A DNA stretch of 32,000 bases from Candidatus Saccharimonadota bacterium. GTDB lineage: Bacteria > Patescibacteriota > Saccharimonadia > Saccharimonadales > Saccharimonadaceae. The stretch spans positions 540,001 through 572,000 of the forward strand of contig MKSO01000001.1 in assembly GCA_001897305.1 (NCBI GenBank), written 5' to 3'. The notes beneath the pieces were generated by a model that did no database searches, was not told the DNA's origin, and saw only the letters and a list, made by a program, of their open reading frames with translations. Numbering within the stretch: the stretch's first letter is position 1; the number at the start of each line of letters is the position of its first letter. Below are positions 10,774 through 19,790 of this stretch, one piece after another. Both the position numbers and the translations under genes were made by a program.

Positions 10774-11217
10774 ATGAAAATGCTAAAAAGTAGCCTCTAC
10801 AACCAAGATACCTTTTATAAGAGCCTCGTTCACGAGTTACGATCGGCACGAAGCGAGGTTATTATAGAGAGTCCATTCATAACAGAACGACGCATGATGA
10901 CATTACTACCCGTCTTCGCCAAAATGCGTCGTCGTAACGTGAAGATAATCATAAACACCCGCGACCCTATTGAACATGATGGGGATTACTATCGCCAGGC
11001 TCTTGATGCGGTTGCTACTATGCAGGATTTAGGCATTGAGGTTCTTTATACGAGCGGACTTCACCGAAAGCTCGCTATAATAGACAGGAAGACTATTTAT
11101 GAGGGAAGTCTCAACATCCTTTCTTTCAGCGACAGTTGTGAGATAATGAGAAAAACGGTATCGAAAGTGATCGCCAAAGATCTTCGCAAGTTTATCGCAA
11201 TCGACCGATACATATAG
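10774..11217 (+). CDS. Phospholipase-D-family (single HKD) Nuc-like endonuclease
   Basis: HKD motif HRKLAIIDRKTIYEGSLNI (HxK-x4-D-x6-GSxN). It is a ~147-aa single-domain protein, like the Nuc nucleases of conjugative plasmids. The track start at 10756 is TTG; ATGs at 10774 and 10780 follow GGAGG (10766-10770). Confidence 0.8.
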   Translation: MKMLKSSLYNQDTFYKSLVHELRSARSEVIIESPFITERRMMTLLPVFAKMRRRNVKIIINTRDPIEHDGDYYRQALDAVATMQDLGIEVLYTSGLHRKLAIIDRKTIYEGSLNILSFSDSCEIMRKTVSKVIAKDLRKFIAIDRYI

Positions 11218-11227
11218 GAGCTTGATT

Positions 11228-11443
11228 ATGACACAGTACGAAGAATACGAAATGACAGAAGCAGATATTGATAAAACCATCAATTATCTTAAGACTCTTG
11301 GCTACGAGGACGCTACACCAGAAGATGCAATCGCCTACCTTGAAAGGCTTCAGGCAAAAGTTCACGCCGCCGGACACGTTCTGAGCGATGAAGAGATGCA
11401 GGAACTCTACAACGAGTTCTCGTCAGATTACAAAAAGAACTAG
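11228..11443 (+). CDS. Hypothetical small acidic protein (71 aa)
   Basis: ATG at 11228 is preceded by AGGAG (11214-11218). The track start at 11222 is TTG. No family recognised. Confidence 0.55.
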   Translation: MTQYEEYEMTEADIDKTINYLKTLGYEDATPEDAIAYLERLQAKVHAAGHVLSDEEMQELYNEFSSDYKKN

Positions 11444-13929
11444 CCTCTCGTCGCCTCGATATCAAGACCTCCTGTTGCCACTTTTGGCTCAGGGGTCTTT
11501 TTCTTAGCCTTTGTTTCGGGCCTGGATTCTTCCTTTTCCGGCTCCTCTTTCTTGTGAGCAAACAGGCTACGTGAGAGTTTGACGACCTCCTCCAATATCG
11601 CCTCACTCCCCTCTCGTTCAAGAAGCAACGTCTGGCCAGATAGTGGTTCTTGCGGTAATATAGCCGAAAGTTTGGCGTAGAAATTAAAGGCTGGCAGGTT
11701 GGCAATTTCCCCTTGTTCGATGTATGGGCTAAACAGTGGCAACAAAGCCTGTTCATCCTGCGGATTACCAGTTCTAAAACAAATCACCGTACCCACGTTA
11801 GCAAGAATGATACTTACCATCTGCTGATCCTTTTGCTGAGAAGTAGACTGTTCAGCCATAATCATGAACATCTTATACTTTCGAGCTTCTGAAAGCATCT
11901 GGACAAAGGAGGCGGTAGCAAAGTTCTGAAACTCGTCCACGTACAGATAGAACGGACGACGCTCACTCTGCTTAATGCGAGCGCGACGGAGTGAAGCGAG
12001 CTGGAGTTTGGCAAGGACGGTGATGCCGAATAGCTCGGAAGTGTCCTCTCCGATTAAGCCTTTGGAGAAATTGCATATCAGAATCTTGCCATTATTGATG
12101 ATGTTATCAAAATCAATCGTGGACTTTGGCTGTTCAAGAATCTGCCGAGCCGATGCTGAGAACAGGAAACGACCAATCTTGGCCGTGATACCGGCCGCCA
12201 TCTTCACTTTCTGCATTTCTCCAGCTTTGCCTAGCTCATTCTTCCAGAAATTGATGAGGTTCTTATCCTCCAAGTCTTTCAGGACTTTCTTGCGATACTT
12301 TGCGTCATTTAAGAGGTCAAAGACGGTGAATAACGTGGCATCTTCCACAGTGAGAGCGGTCTGCACGGCGTTACGGAGGACATACTCAATACGGTGTCCG
12401 CCCGTATCTTCCTCTGAGAAGATTTTCCGAAATACCGATATAACCGATTCTGTAATGATATCCTTTTCTCGGAGCAATTCATTTCCCTCTAGCCCCTCTG
12501 TGAGTTCTAGGAGGTTCAACCCGATTGGATACTCTAGGTCGTCCGGATTGAAATAGACGACATCTTTAATGCGGTCTTCCGGCACATAGCTAAGTAAGGT
12601 TTCCGCCATGTCGCCGTGGGGATCAATGACCGCTACTCCCCGACCCGCTTCCATATCCTGCACGATTTGATATTGAAGCATGGTTGTTTTACCATTTCCC
12701 GTTCCTCCAATGATATAGAGGTGTCGCCAACGTTCCGCTTCGGTCAGTCCGACAGTCGTCACAACATCGTGGTGGATATTCTCACCCAGTACAACATCAA
12801 GTTTGGCGTTTTGCTTCAACGAAATCGGAGCCGGTAATGTCCGAGAGAGCGAGGTAATCAGGTTATCCGTCCGACTGATTCGGCTTGACGGAAAGTGGTA
12901 GAGTCCGGCTACTTCGGCGGCAGATAGTATCAAAGAGCCTCGCCTATAAAGATTTGGTAGTCGCTTTTCAGCCAGTTTCTGGCGGTGCTGTTGCAGAAGT
13001 GGCATCCTCACCTTGCTCCTCAAAGACTGGTACAAAGGCACACTATAGCCATCCAGCGCCGTTCGGAGAGACTGGATATTTTCTTTGGCATTCTCGCCGC
13101 TCGCCATAATTCTAAACGACACTTGGAAGTGCGGCTGGGTGACTTTCTTGTGCATGGATTCCATCAACTCCAATTCAAAGGCACTCAGCGTTCTCGCCGG
13201 ACGCTGGCGTTTGGTTACTTGGTCTTTGAACGTATCCTGCTTACCAGAGGTTTGTGTGTAGTAGTCACCGGACACCGTGCCGTGATAGACCTCATTGGTC
13301 AGATCGACGGCTCCCCACATCGCCCCGTTCATCACGTCGCTGATTTTTTGGAGGAAATCGAGCGGACTGGAATTGAGTGACGATAGAACGTCCTCATTCC
13401 GCAGAATCTTTCGGGATAATTTGCCGGCCTCCCGCAGTTTGATCGGAGCAATGACTAACTGAAGCGTGACCCGTTCATCATCACCAAGTTTGGTCATAGC
13501 ACTGGTCACATAAGAGAGCGGGTCATGCTGGGCAAACGCGGAGGTCAATGTTAATGGCAAGACATAGTGACCCTGCTCCTTGAACTCCAAGACCTTGCTA
13601 TACGAGCCACTCGGCGCGTCTATCTCTTTTACTTTGGCATCAGGAATGTAGGCGCTGACCGCCTTTTGCAATGCGTCGGCACGTTCTCGTTCTACTTGAA
13701 TCAAGTAGCGGATACCGTCTTTCTTGGTCGAGGTGATTTCAAAGCTAAATACCGGTGAGCGATCCATCAACTTGTCGCGAAGCTTCCTCGTGGCGTACAT
13801 TCCGTGAATCACCGAGAAAAGCTGTTCGGTGGCTTCGGGAGTTTTCGACACGGTAGCCGGTGGCGTGACTTCTAGCCAAACCATATCCCTCTTTTGGTAG
13901 TAACGGCGGTTGATATGTTCGGTTATCAT
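11440..13929 (-). CDS. Type IV secretion coupling-protein-like ATPase (VirD4/TraG/TraD type)
   Basis: 829 aa. Walker A LYIIGGTGNGKTT and Walker-B-like FYLYVDEFQNF. It is the last gene of the T4SS operon. There is a ~400-aa N-terminal region with no obvious TM segment. Confidence 0.85.
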   Translation of the reverse strand: MITEHINRRYYQKRDMVWLEVTPPATVSKTPEATEQLFSVIHGMYATRKLRDKLMDRSPVFSFEITSTKKDGIRYLIQVERERADALQKAVSAYIPDAKVKEIDAPSGSYSKVLEFKEQGHYVLPLTLTSAFAQHDPLSYVTSAMTKLGDDERVTLQLVIAPIKLREAGKLSRKILRNEDVLSSLNSSPLDFLQKISDVMNGAMWGAVDLTNEVYHGTVSGDYYTQTSGKQDTFKDQVTKRQRPARTLSAFELELMESMHKKVTQPHFQVSFRIMASGENAKENIQSLRTALDGYSVPLYQSLRSKVRMPLLQQHRQKLAEKRLPNLYRRGSLILSAAEVAGLYHFPSSRISRTDNLITSLSRTLPAPISLKQNAKLDVVLGENIHHDVVTTVGLTEAERWRHLYIIGGTGNGKTTMLQYQIVQDMEAGRGVAVIDPHGDMAETLLSYVPEDRIKDVVYFNPDDLEYPIGLNLLELTEGLEGNELLREKDIITESVISVFRKIFSEEDTGGHRIEYVLRNAVQTALTVEDATLFTVFDLLNDAKYRKKVLKDLEDKNLINFWKNELGKAGEMQKVKMAAGITAKIGRFLFSASARQILEQPKSTIDFDNIINNGKILICNFSKGLIGEDTSELFGITVLAKLQLASLRRARIKQSERRPFYLYVDEFQNFATASFVQMLSEARKYKMFMIMAEQSTSQQKDQQMVSIILANVGTVICFRTGNPQDEQALLPLFSPYIEQGEIANLPAFNFYAKLSAILPQEPLSGQTLLLEREGSEAILEEVVKLSRSLFAHKKEEPEKEESRPETKAKKKTPEPKVATGGLDIEATRG

Positions 13930-14483
13930 TAGAGTTCTCCGATCTTATCGTGGATGAAGTTATAGGAAGCCGCCGAGGATGCGGCAAATGTTCGAGTGGA
14001 TACTACATTGATATGCGGAGCGTTCATCTCTGATATCGTCCATTGTCCAGAAAGAGGGTCAACAAAGCTCACGTAGGCCACGTGACCGAGTTCACTGCCG
14101 CCGTCAGTCTGGAAGATAGCCCCGATGCTTGGTGTGTGATCAACGAGGTATCCATCGCGCCTTGCGTAGTCGTCCCACGTATTAGCGTTGCCCCAACTCG
14201 TCGGAATCGGATCGTCTGCCCAAAAGCGCATAGCGTATGACCACCATGTACAGTTACCCCATGCGTAGGTATTGCCCGGAACGTCCGGCCCCATGTAGAA
14301 GCCTTGCTCCTCAGCGGATTCGGCACTCGGTTGTTGAGAGAGGTAGGTCGTCACATCCCTGCCCATCGCAAAGACTGCTACCACTGGCATCGACAATACA
14401 AACACGAGAACACATAAGGCAATCAAAGCGTACTTGCGGAGGTTTCCGCTAAAAAATAGTGACGCGATGATTGCCGGGTTCAT
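13929..14483 (-). CDS. CHAP/NlpC-P60-type peptidoglycan hydrolase (VirB1 functional analogue)
   Basis: N-terminal TM helix (YALIALCVLVFVLSMPVVAVFAM), then a Cys context GNCTWWSY and a His context GHVAYV with CHAP-like spacing. Its ATG overlaps the upstream gene's stop (ATGA). Confidence 0.8.
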   Translation of the reverse strand: MNPAIIASLFFSGNLRKYALIALCVLVFVLSMPVVAVFAMGRDVTTYLSQQPSAESAEEQGFYMGPDVPGNTYAWGNCTWWSYAMRFWADDPIPTSWGNANTWDDYARRDGYLVDHTPSIGAIFQTDGGSELGHVAYVSFVDPLSGQWTISEMNAPHINVVSTRTFAASSAASYNFIHDKIGEL

Positions 14484-16213
14484 CCGTATAGCTCCGTCGG
14501 ATTGGTGGTAATGAGCGGATGTTCTTTCTCACTGGCGACGACCTTCACCGCCACGTGATTCTGATCGGCGATAATCAGGGCATCACCCCGTTCGCAGGTC
14601 AGCAGGAAGCTCTCCTCATATTCAGACAGGTTGAACTCACTCGCCACATTCTTAATCGTCGTGGTGTCTTGTCGCATTAAGATACGGAGTGCCGATTGCG
14701 AAGCGATGGCACGGCCATAATCAGAGTGCAGGAAGTCGTTGGCTTGCTGAGAGATGATGGACACGCCGAGGTAGTATTTACGGGCGCGGCGTACTAGTCC
14801 CGCTACGAAGCGAGCTGACTCCTCGTGTTCGAGCAGTAACCAGCCCTCGTCGATAATCAGTAGTCGCTTTTCCGGCTTGGCCTTGACCTGATTCTGGACA
14901 AAGTTAGAGATGATGAGCATCATAATCTGACGGAGCGATTCCGGCAGGTCTTTGATGTCGAAGATCACCAGACGGTTCGAGAGGTCGATGTTAGTTTGGC
15001 TATTGAAGACACTCGCCAGTGATCCTGAGATGTACTTTTCCAGCCGTTCACAGAGTTTCAACTGTCCGAGTTTGTTCAGTTCGGCGTACAGGTCTTCAAG
15101 AAGCGGTTGTTCTTTCTTGGCGTTTTTGTAGATTTTAAGAATCGCTTTGTCCACCGCTGCTTTCTCACGAGAGTTCAACCCCTCGGCCATCAGGCTGATC
15201 ACTTCGGTCAGGTCTTGGACGTGTTCGGACAGGTCGTCGATATTGTGAAATGTCGTCGCTAAGTCGAACGGGTTAATCTTCTGCTTGCTCTTGGCGCTGA
15301 GTTTGACGTAGGTGCCATTGACCGATTCGGTGAGGCGTTTATACTCACGTTCCGGGTCAATGACGATAACTTTTGTCCCCTGCATAAGCTGGCGGAGTAT
15401 CTCCACTTTGGTCGTGTAGCTCTTACCAGATCCCGACTGAGCAAACGTGATGGAGTTGGCGTTCGGCAGCCCGAAGCGATCCAAAATCACCAGTGAATTG
15501 TTGGACTTATTGACTCCATAAAGGATGCCCGATTCTTGAACGAGTTCTGAACTCATGAACGGAAAGGTCAGTGCCGCCGAGCTACTGTCTAGGTTTCGCT
15601 TCTGGGCTAACTGGTCTTCGGCTCGCGGGAGGATGCTTTGCAAGGCTTCAATCTGCTGGTAACGAGCGACTTTGCTATAAAACAGACGCGCCGACAAGGT
15701 GGCTTCTAATAGTTTGGTCGTCTTATTGAGTTCTTCCAGACTATCGGCTCGAAGCGTGACGTAGATACTCATCTGGAACAACTTTTCCTGCCCACGCTGG
15801 ATTTTGTCGCGTAGTTCAATGGCCGATTCGAGTGGGTCAGTGACTTCCGATCCCACAATCTTACCGGCTCGGATCATCGCCCGCTTGGTGCTTTCCAGCT
15901 CAGTGATTTTGCGGTGCAGTTTCGGAAGTGCCAGCAGTGCGCTGACTTCCGTCACGTGATAGCTGATGTCGGTATCGTGGTTGAAGTTAATTAGACTATC
16001 CAGCCAGCCAGAGTTCGCCACGAACGGATAACCGTTGATGTAGAGTGTCCGGAGGAACACGCCGTCTAAGTTGATGTAGTCCGGCGTTTCTTCTAAGCTG
16101 GCATAGCTCATCACATCGAGCATATCCTGTTCACCGAATACCAGCTTCAGCTCTTTGGCCTTTAATTCTCTGGCTTCACGACGTTTTCTCATTGTTGCTA
16201 TCGGGCTATTCAT
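14480..16213 (-). CDS. VirB4-family T4SS ATPase, C-terminal ATPase part
   Basis: 577 aa. Walker A FAQSGSGKSYTT and Walker B RLLIIDEGWLLL. ATG at 16213 is preceded by AAGGAGAA and overlaps the upstream stop (ATGA). Confidence 0.9.
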   Translation of the reverse strand: MNSPIATMRKRREARELKAKELKLVFGEQDMLDVMSYASLEETPDYINLDGVFLRTLYINGYPFVANSGWLDSLINFNHDTDISYHVTEVSALLALPKLHRKITELESTKRAMIRAGKIVGSEVTDPLESAIELRDKIQRGQEKLFQMSIYVTLRADSLEELNKTTKLLEATLSARLFYSKVARYQQIEALQSILPRAEDQLAQKRNLDSSSAALTFPFMSSELVQESGILYGVNKSNNSLVILDRFGLPNANSITFAQSGSGKSYTTKVEILRQLMQGTKVIVIDPEREYKRLTESVNGTYVKLSAKSKQKINPFDLATTFHNIDDLSEHVQDLTEVISLMAEGLNSREKAAVDKAILKIYKNAKKEQPLLEDLYAELNKLGQLKLCERLEKYISGSLASVFNSQTNIDLSNRLVIFDIKDLPESLRQIMMLIISNFVQNQVKAKPEKRLLIIDEGWLLLEHEESARFVAGLVRRARKYYLGVSIISQQANDFLHSDYGRAIASQSALRILMRQDTTTIKNVASEFNLSEYEESFLLTCERGDALIIADQNHVAVKVVASEKEHPLITTNPTELYG

Positions 16214-16848
16214 ACTTGTTCTCCTTTCTCTATAAGTGCCGTGTGTATGGCGGATAAGGCGCGGTCGGTTAATGGTTGAATCTTCGCGGCCGTTGGGTTG
16301 TAGAAACTGTAGAACAGGTCGAGGGTTTCCAGACTACTTAACTGCCGTGCGCTCATACCCATCCGGTTCATACCTTTCATAACGATATCGGCGGTCAGCG
16401 CCAATTGCTCTTTGATGAGATCAAAGTCCTTACTGGTACTTTCATACGGCACGATGATATAAAAGTGCCGCGTCAGGATCTTGTTGCTCTGAATCAGTGA
16501 GCGGATGAACTCGTCGTAGTTTTGAAGCTGGTCGCGGTAGATGCGTTCGGTCTCGTTTTCTAGCCGAGCCGACAGGTCTTCAAGATATTTATCCATGTCG
16601 ATTTCGCGGGTACGGATAAGAATCTGGAGCTTGGTGCCGACGGAGTTCAGAAAACTCTCGTAGGTATCAATGATCGCATCCTGCTCGTCTTCGCTTTTTA
16701 ACTCGAAGTTGAGCGAGGATACTTCCAGCACCAGCCGATAGCCGTTGTTCGGTAGGAGCAAGATACCGTCCCGCACTCCCCTGATACCGATTTGCTGACG
16801 GGTCGTGCCGGTGCGTTTCGTCTTATTCTGTTTCTGAGATACGGACAT
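16210..16848 (-). CDS. VirB4 N-terminal-domain-like protein (separate ORF)
   Basis: The sequence IRGVRDGILLLPNNGYRLVLEVSSLNFELKSEDEQDAIIDTYESFLNSVGTKLQILIRT resembles the N-terminal domain of Gram-positive VirB4/TrsE/PrgJ-type ATPases. ATG at 16848 has a GGAGG 5 nt upstream. The track start at 16875 is TTG. Confidence 0.7.
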   Translation of the reverse strand: MSVSQKQNKTKRTGTTRQQIGIRGVRDGILLLPNNGYRLVLEVSSLNFELKSEDEQDAIIDTYESFLNSVGTKLQILIRTREIDMDKYLEDLSARLENETERIYRDQLQNYDEFIRSLIQSNKILTRHFYIIVPYESTSKDFDLIKEQLALTADIVMKGMNRMGMSARQLSSLETLDLFYSFYNPTAAKIQPLTDRALSAIHTALIEKGEQV

Positions 16849-17323
16849 TGAGTCCTCCTTTCTTGGTGGTTTCAAATTTCAACCGCCTAATCGGATCGTC
16901 CAGCTTGGTGTACAGGTACGCCCTTTGGGATGGGTCGAGTTTCGGTAGTGAGATAGGTTTCTTTTCTTTGGTGACAACCGCTTCCGTCTGCCTCACGACT
17001 TCCGGATAGTCTTCCCGGTGGAGCGTGGTGTTCTTGGTAAATAGGTAAAGCCGTGGCCGAGCATGGAACCGAAGCAGGACGAACAGCCATTGCAGTACGA
17101 TTTTTCCTTTGATGCGGATGGACAGACTGAGTGCAATCAGTGACACGATACCGATGATAACCAGTTTGTAGAGCATATAGCCCATACTCGGTGGAAGTGC
17201 GGCATACAGGAGCGACCCGCCGAACACCGGAACACAGAACAAAGCGATCTGAGAGAGCGACAGGTTACCGGTAATCTTGTCTTCAACGGTCGTGACCTGT
17301 GCGGGAACAACGGTTACTTTCAT
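16823..17323 (-). CDS. Small T4SS membrane protein, PrgI/VirB3-like
   Basis: 166 aa with two adjacent TM helices after an N-terminal V(V)PAQVTTVEDKITGNLSLSQ segment. It sits immediately upstream of VirB4, and its ATG overlaps the VirB6-like stop (ATGA). Confidence 0.55.
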   Translation of the reverse strand: MKVTVVPAQVTTVEDKITGNLSLSQIALFCVPVFGGSLLYAALPPSMGYMLYKLVIIGIVSLIALSLSIRIKGKIVLQWLFVLLRFHARPRLYLFTKNTTLHREDYPEVVRQTEAVVTKEKKPISLPKLDPSQRAYLYTKLDDPIRRLKFETTKKGGLNVRISETE

Positions 17324-18843
17324 GACGTTTTTCCTTTCTTGGTAGTTTTCGTGGCAGTCTTAGCCTTTGCGACTGTCGTACTGGTAGTAACGGGTTTCAC
17401 GGCAGTTCTTGGCGTAGCGTTGGCCGCGCCGACTTTCGGTGCTTTGGTAGTCGTGCCAGTCGGAGTACGTTTCGTGGCTTTAGTGGAAGTTCCTCCAACT
17501 ATCGGAGCTTTGGCCGTAGATTTCGGCTGGGTATAGCTTCCGCCGACGCTTGAGCCCTTCATCCCAGACGAACGAGTCAGTCCGGTGCTGGATTTACTGT
17601 CGCTTTGAAGCGCCCATGAAGCAGCTGCCCGACCTTTGCCCCCTAAGTAACTGATACCATTCATGAATTGTGTACCTAGCTGGCGGGTATTCCTCGCGCC
17701 CAGACTCACGTAGCTAAACTGCATCATCAGCCCCTGAGTTTTAAGCAGTGCGATGATCGTTGCGAGGCCTACCGCCATGCTCATGAGAACATTCGGCACA
17801 TCGTTTCCGGAAGTGCTGGATAATCCGACGAATAGTGAACCCGCTAAGGTCAGGATGACCACGTGGACGAATAGGACAAAGATGGTGGTGAGGTAGGTTT
17901 TCATCGCGGTTTCCGAAAAGTCTCGAAACCCCGGCACCAACCAGACTAGAATCACCAGTGGCGAGAGTACCGCTCCGATGTAGAGCGCAACCAAACGTCC
18001 GACGTAGTAGATAAGCAGAATGAACGAGAAGATCAGAAAGACCAGCATGATGAGCAGTGCCGCCAGCCCTTGACCGCCCGATTCTCCAACCACTTTTGTT
18101 AAGGTGTCCCAGACCCCGGCCGCCCCGCCGACTTGCCCGACTGCTGTGATGAGCGCGTTGCTTGCGGCGATGAACCCGTCGATGATGAATATCGAGGAAT
18201 TGAGCAGCACGAATACCAGTAGGATTCTTGGGAGCAGTTGCTTGAACTCAATCTCGTCCAGTCCGAACGTACTGGCACTCATAACGTGGAAACCGATCAG
18301 CGCCACCACGACCACGAAGAATACGTCGGTAATACCAACCATTGCCAACCAGAAGTTAAAGACGGCGGAGTTATCGGTCATGAGCGGAGTTGATTTGGTA
18401 AAGAACTCTAGCGCATCCAGAAATGGCGTAGCGATAGCTTGGATGATGAAACTCAGCACCCCGACGATAGCGTTTATCAAGATGTCGATCAGCCCGTTGC
18501 TCGGTGCTTCCGGCGTGATATCGTTCAGGCTCGGCAAGGCGGCGCTACTCGGTGCTTGCGTATGCGTCATCGCCCCGTTGAGAATGGCGGTCAGTGTGGC
18601 CGCTCCAATGACGATCACCACCCCGATAAGAGCGTTCTTCAACACCCGCTTGGCTTGATCCAGCTTTTCCGGCCGTCCGGTAGAAGTCATGTAAAGGATT
18701 CCGCCGTAGACGATAAAGAAGACACAAGCTAGACCAGCCAGTGCGGTTAAAGTCGTCATGGTCGGATTAACCCAGTCGCGCATCGCTTGGATGGCACCGG
18801 AAGTATCAGCCATGAGCGACAAACTCATGGTGAGAAAGTTCAT
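17320..18843 (-). CDS. VirB6/TrbL-like polytopic T4SS membrane protein with an N-terminal pilin-like module and a Lys/Thr-rich tail
   Basis: 507 aa with many TM segments. The N-terminal ~90 aa are paralogous to the adjacent pilin. The C-terminal ~100 aa are low-complexity (T/K/S/G/A). Confidence 0.7.
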   Translation of the reverse strand: MNFLTMSLSLMADTSGAIQAMRDWVNPTMTTLTALAGLACVFFIVYGGILYMTSTGRPEKLDQAKRVLKNALIGVVIVIGAATLTAILNGAMTHTQAPSSAALPSLNDITPEAPSNGLIDILINAIVGVLSFIIQAIATPFLDALEFFTKSTPLMTDNSAVFNFWLAMVGITDVFFVVVVALIGFHVMSASTFGLDEIEFKQLLPRILLVFVLLNSSIFIIDGFIAASNALITAVGQVGGAAGVWDTLTKVVGESGGQGLAALLIMLVFLIFSFILLIYYVGRLVALYIGAVLSPLVILVWLVPGFRDFSETAMKTYLTTIFVLFVHVVILTLAGSLFVGLSSTSGNDVPNVLMSMAVGLATIIALLKTQGLMMQFSYVSLGARNTRQLGTQFMNGISYLGGKGRAAASWALQSDSKSSTGLTRSSGMKGSSVGGSYTQPKSTAKAPIVGGTSTKATKRTPTGTTTKAPKVGAANATPRTAVKPVTTSTTVAKAKTATKTTKKGKTS

Positions 18844-18853
18844 GAGTTACCCC

Positions 18854-19198
18854 TTAACTCCCGAACGCGTTGGTCGCAACCGATACGATGATATTTGAAA
18901 TGACGAACGCCGCGATAACGATTGCCAGCCCGATCAAAGACCAGAGCAGTGTCCGCTTCGCCCTATCCAGGTGTTCCGGATTGCCGGAGCTGGTGATGTA
19001 GCCGAAACCGCCTACTACAATGAAGCCGGTAGCGACCAATCCCGCCAGACCCGCGATGACACTAATGATGGTGCGGATGAAGTTCTCTACATTATCCACA
19101 CCTGCGACATCTGCGGCCAATGCAGGTTGAGTCAGTACGACGAGCGACCCGACGGCGACGACACTGGCGACTATTTTGATGTTTGTCAGTTTGTTCAT
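18854..19198 (-). CDS. T4SS pilin (VirB2/TrbC-like, CPR/Gram-positive T4SS-pilin type)
   Basis: Signal-like N-terminus ending in ALAADVAG, followed by two TM helices flanking GGFGYITSSGNPEHLDRAKRTL. ATG at 19198 has a GGAGG 5 nt upstream (the track start at 19210 lies further upstream). Confidence 0.75.
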   Translation of the reverse strand: MNKLTNIKIVASVVAVGSLVVLTQPALAADVAGVDNVENFIRTIISVIAGLAGLVATGFIVVGGFGYITSSGNPEHLDRAKRTLLWSLIGLAIVIAAFVISNIIVSVATNAFGS

Positions 19199-19399
19199 AC
19201 AACCTCCCACGTTGCTTATTTTGATAACCTCATTGCCACCGTGAGCAGGTACGAATCACACTTATACCTGATGCCACTAAATCATCCGGAATGTCGGAAA
19301 ACAAGAACGCACTTAAAAGTAAGTAACTTACTAAAAGGTTAGTTACTATCTTCGAGGATAGTACCCATTTAACAGATATGGAAATGCTCAAAAACAACA

Positions 19400-19438
19400 A
19401 AAACTCCGCCTGTGGATAACGACACGAAACGGAGTTTT
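19400..19438 (-). terminator. Rho-independent terminator downstream of the HxlR gene
   Basis: 9-bp stem aaaactccg (19400-19408) / cggagtttt (19430-19438). On the minus strand it is followed by a T-rich tail (tttttgttgttttt). Confidence 0.5.
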
Positions 19439-19445
19439 TATCTGC

Positions 19446-19790
19446 CTATGAAAAGAGGCCGCCGCGGGCCTCTTTCAGTGATTCAATGGCGGTACTAGCT
19501 TTGGCTAGTGCATTGGCTGATTGGGCTATGGCAAGGACTTCAAAACCTAACGGTGTCAAAGTATATTCGGTTTTTGGAGGTACGGTTGGATAGATGCGGC
19601 GCTTGACCAGTCCATCTTTCTCCAGCTTCTTGAGTGTAGCGATAATCATTTTCTCGGTCGCCTTTGGAAAATGGCGACGGATTTCATGATAGCGACGAGT
19701 ATTGTCTTTAAGTGAATAAACAACCGGGAGAGTCCACTTACCAGCAAGGGTAGTGGCGACTAGACGCAGAGAGCTAAGATCATCAGGCAT
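19446..19790 (-). CDS. HxlR-family winged-helix transcriptional regulator
   Basis: 114 aa. The sequence KWTLPVVYSLKDNTRRYHEIRRHFPKATEKMIIATLKKLEKDGLVKRRIYPTVPPKTEYTLTPLG matches the HxlR/MarR-like wHTH pattern. Confidence 0.85.
   Translation of the reverse strand: MPDDLSSLRLVATTLAGKWTLPVVYSLKDNTRRYHEIRRHFPKATEKMIIATLKKLEKDGLVKRRIYPTVPPKTEYTLTPLGFEVLAIAQSANALAKASTAIESLKEARGGLFS

Noticed and set aside
10572-10793. 73-aa ORF upstream of the PLD nuclease
   Set aside because: It starts at TTG, has no RBS and overlaps the nuclease start. The only in-frame ATG (10647) would give 48 aa with no recognisable features. It was not reported as a gene.
11313-11756. 147-aa Arg-rich minus-strand ORF
   Set aside because: It is an alternative frame inside the 3' end of the coupling-ATPase gene. 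Its composition looks like an out-of-frame artefact.
17339-18732. Plus-strand ORFs opposite the VirB6-like gene (65, 184, 97 aa)
   Set aside because: They are antisense shadow ORFs of a GC-richer membrane-protein gene, with no RBS or independent support.
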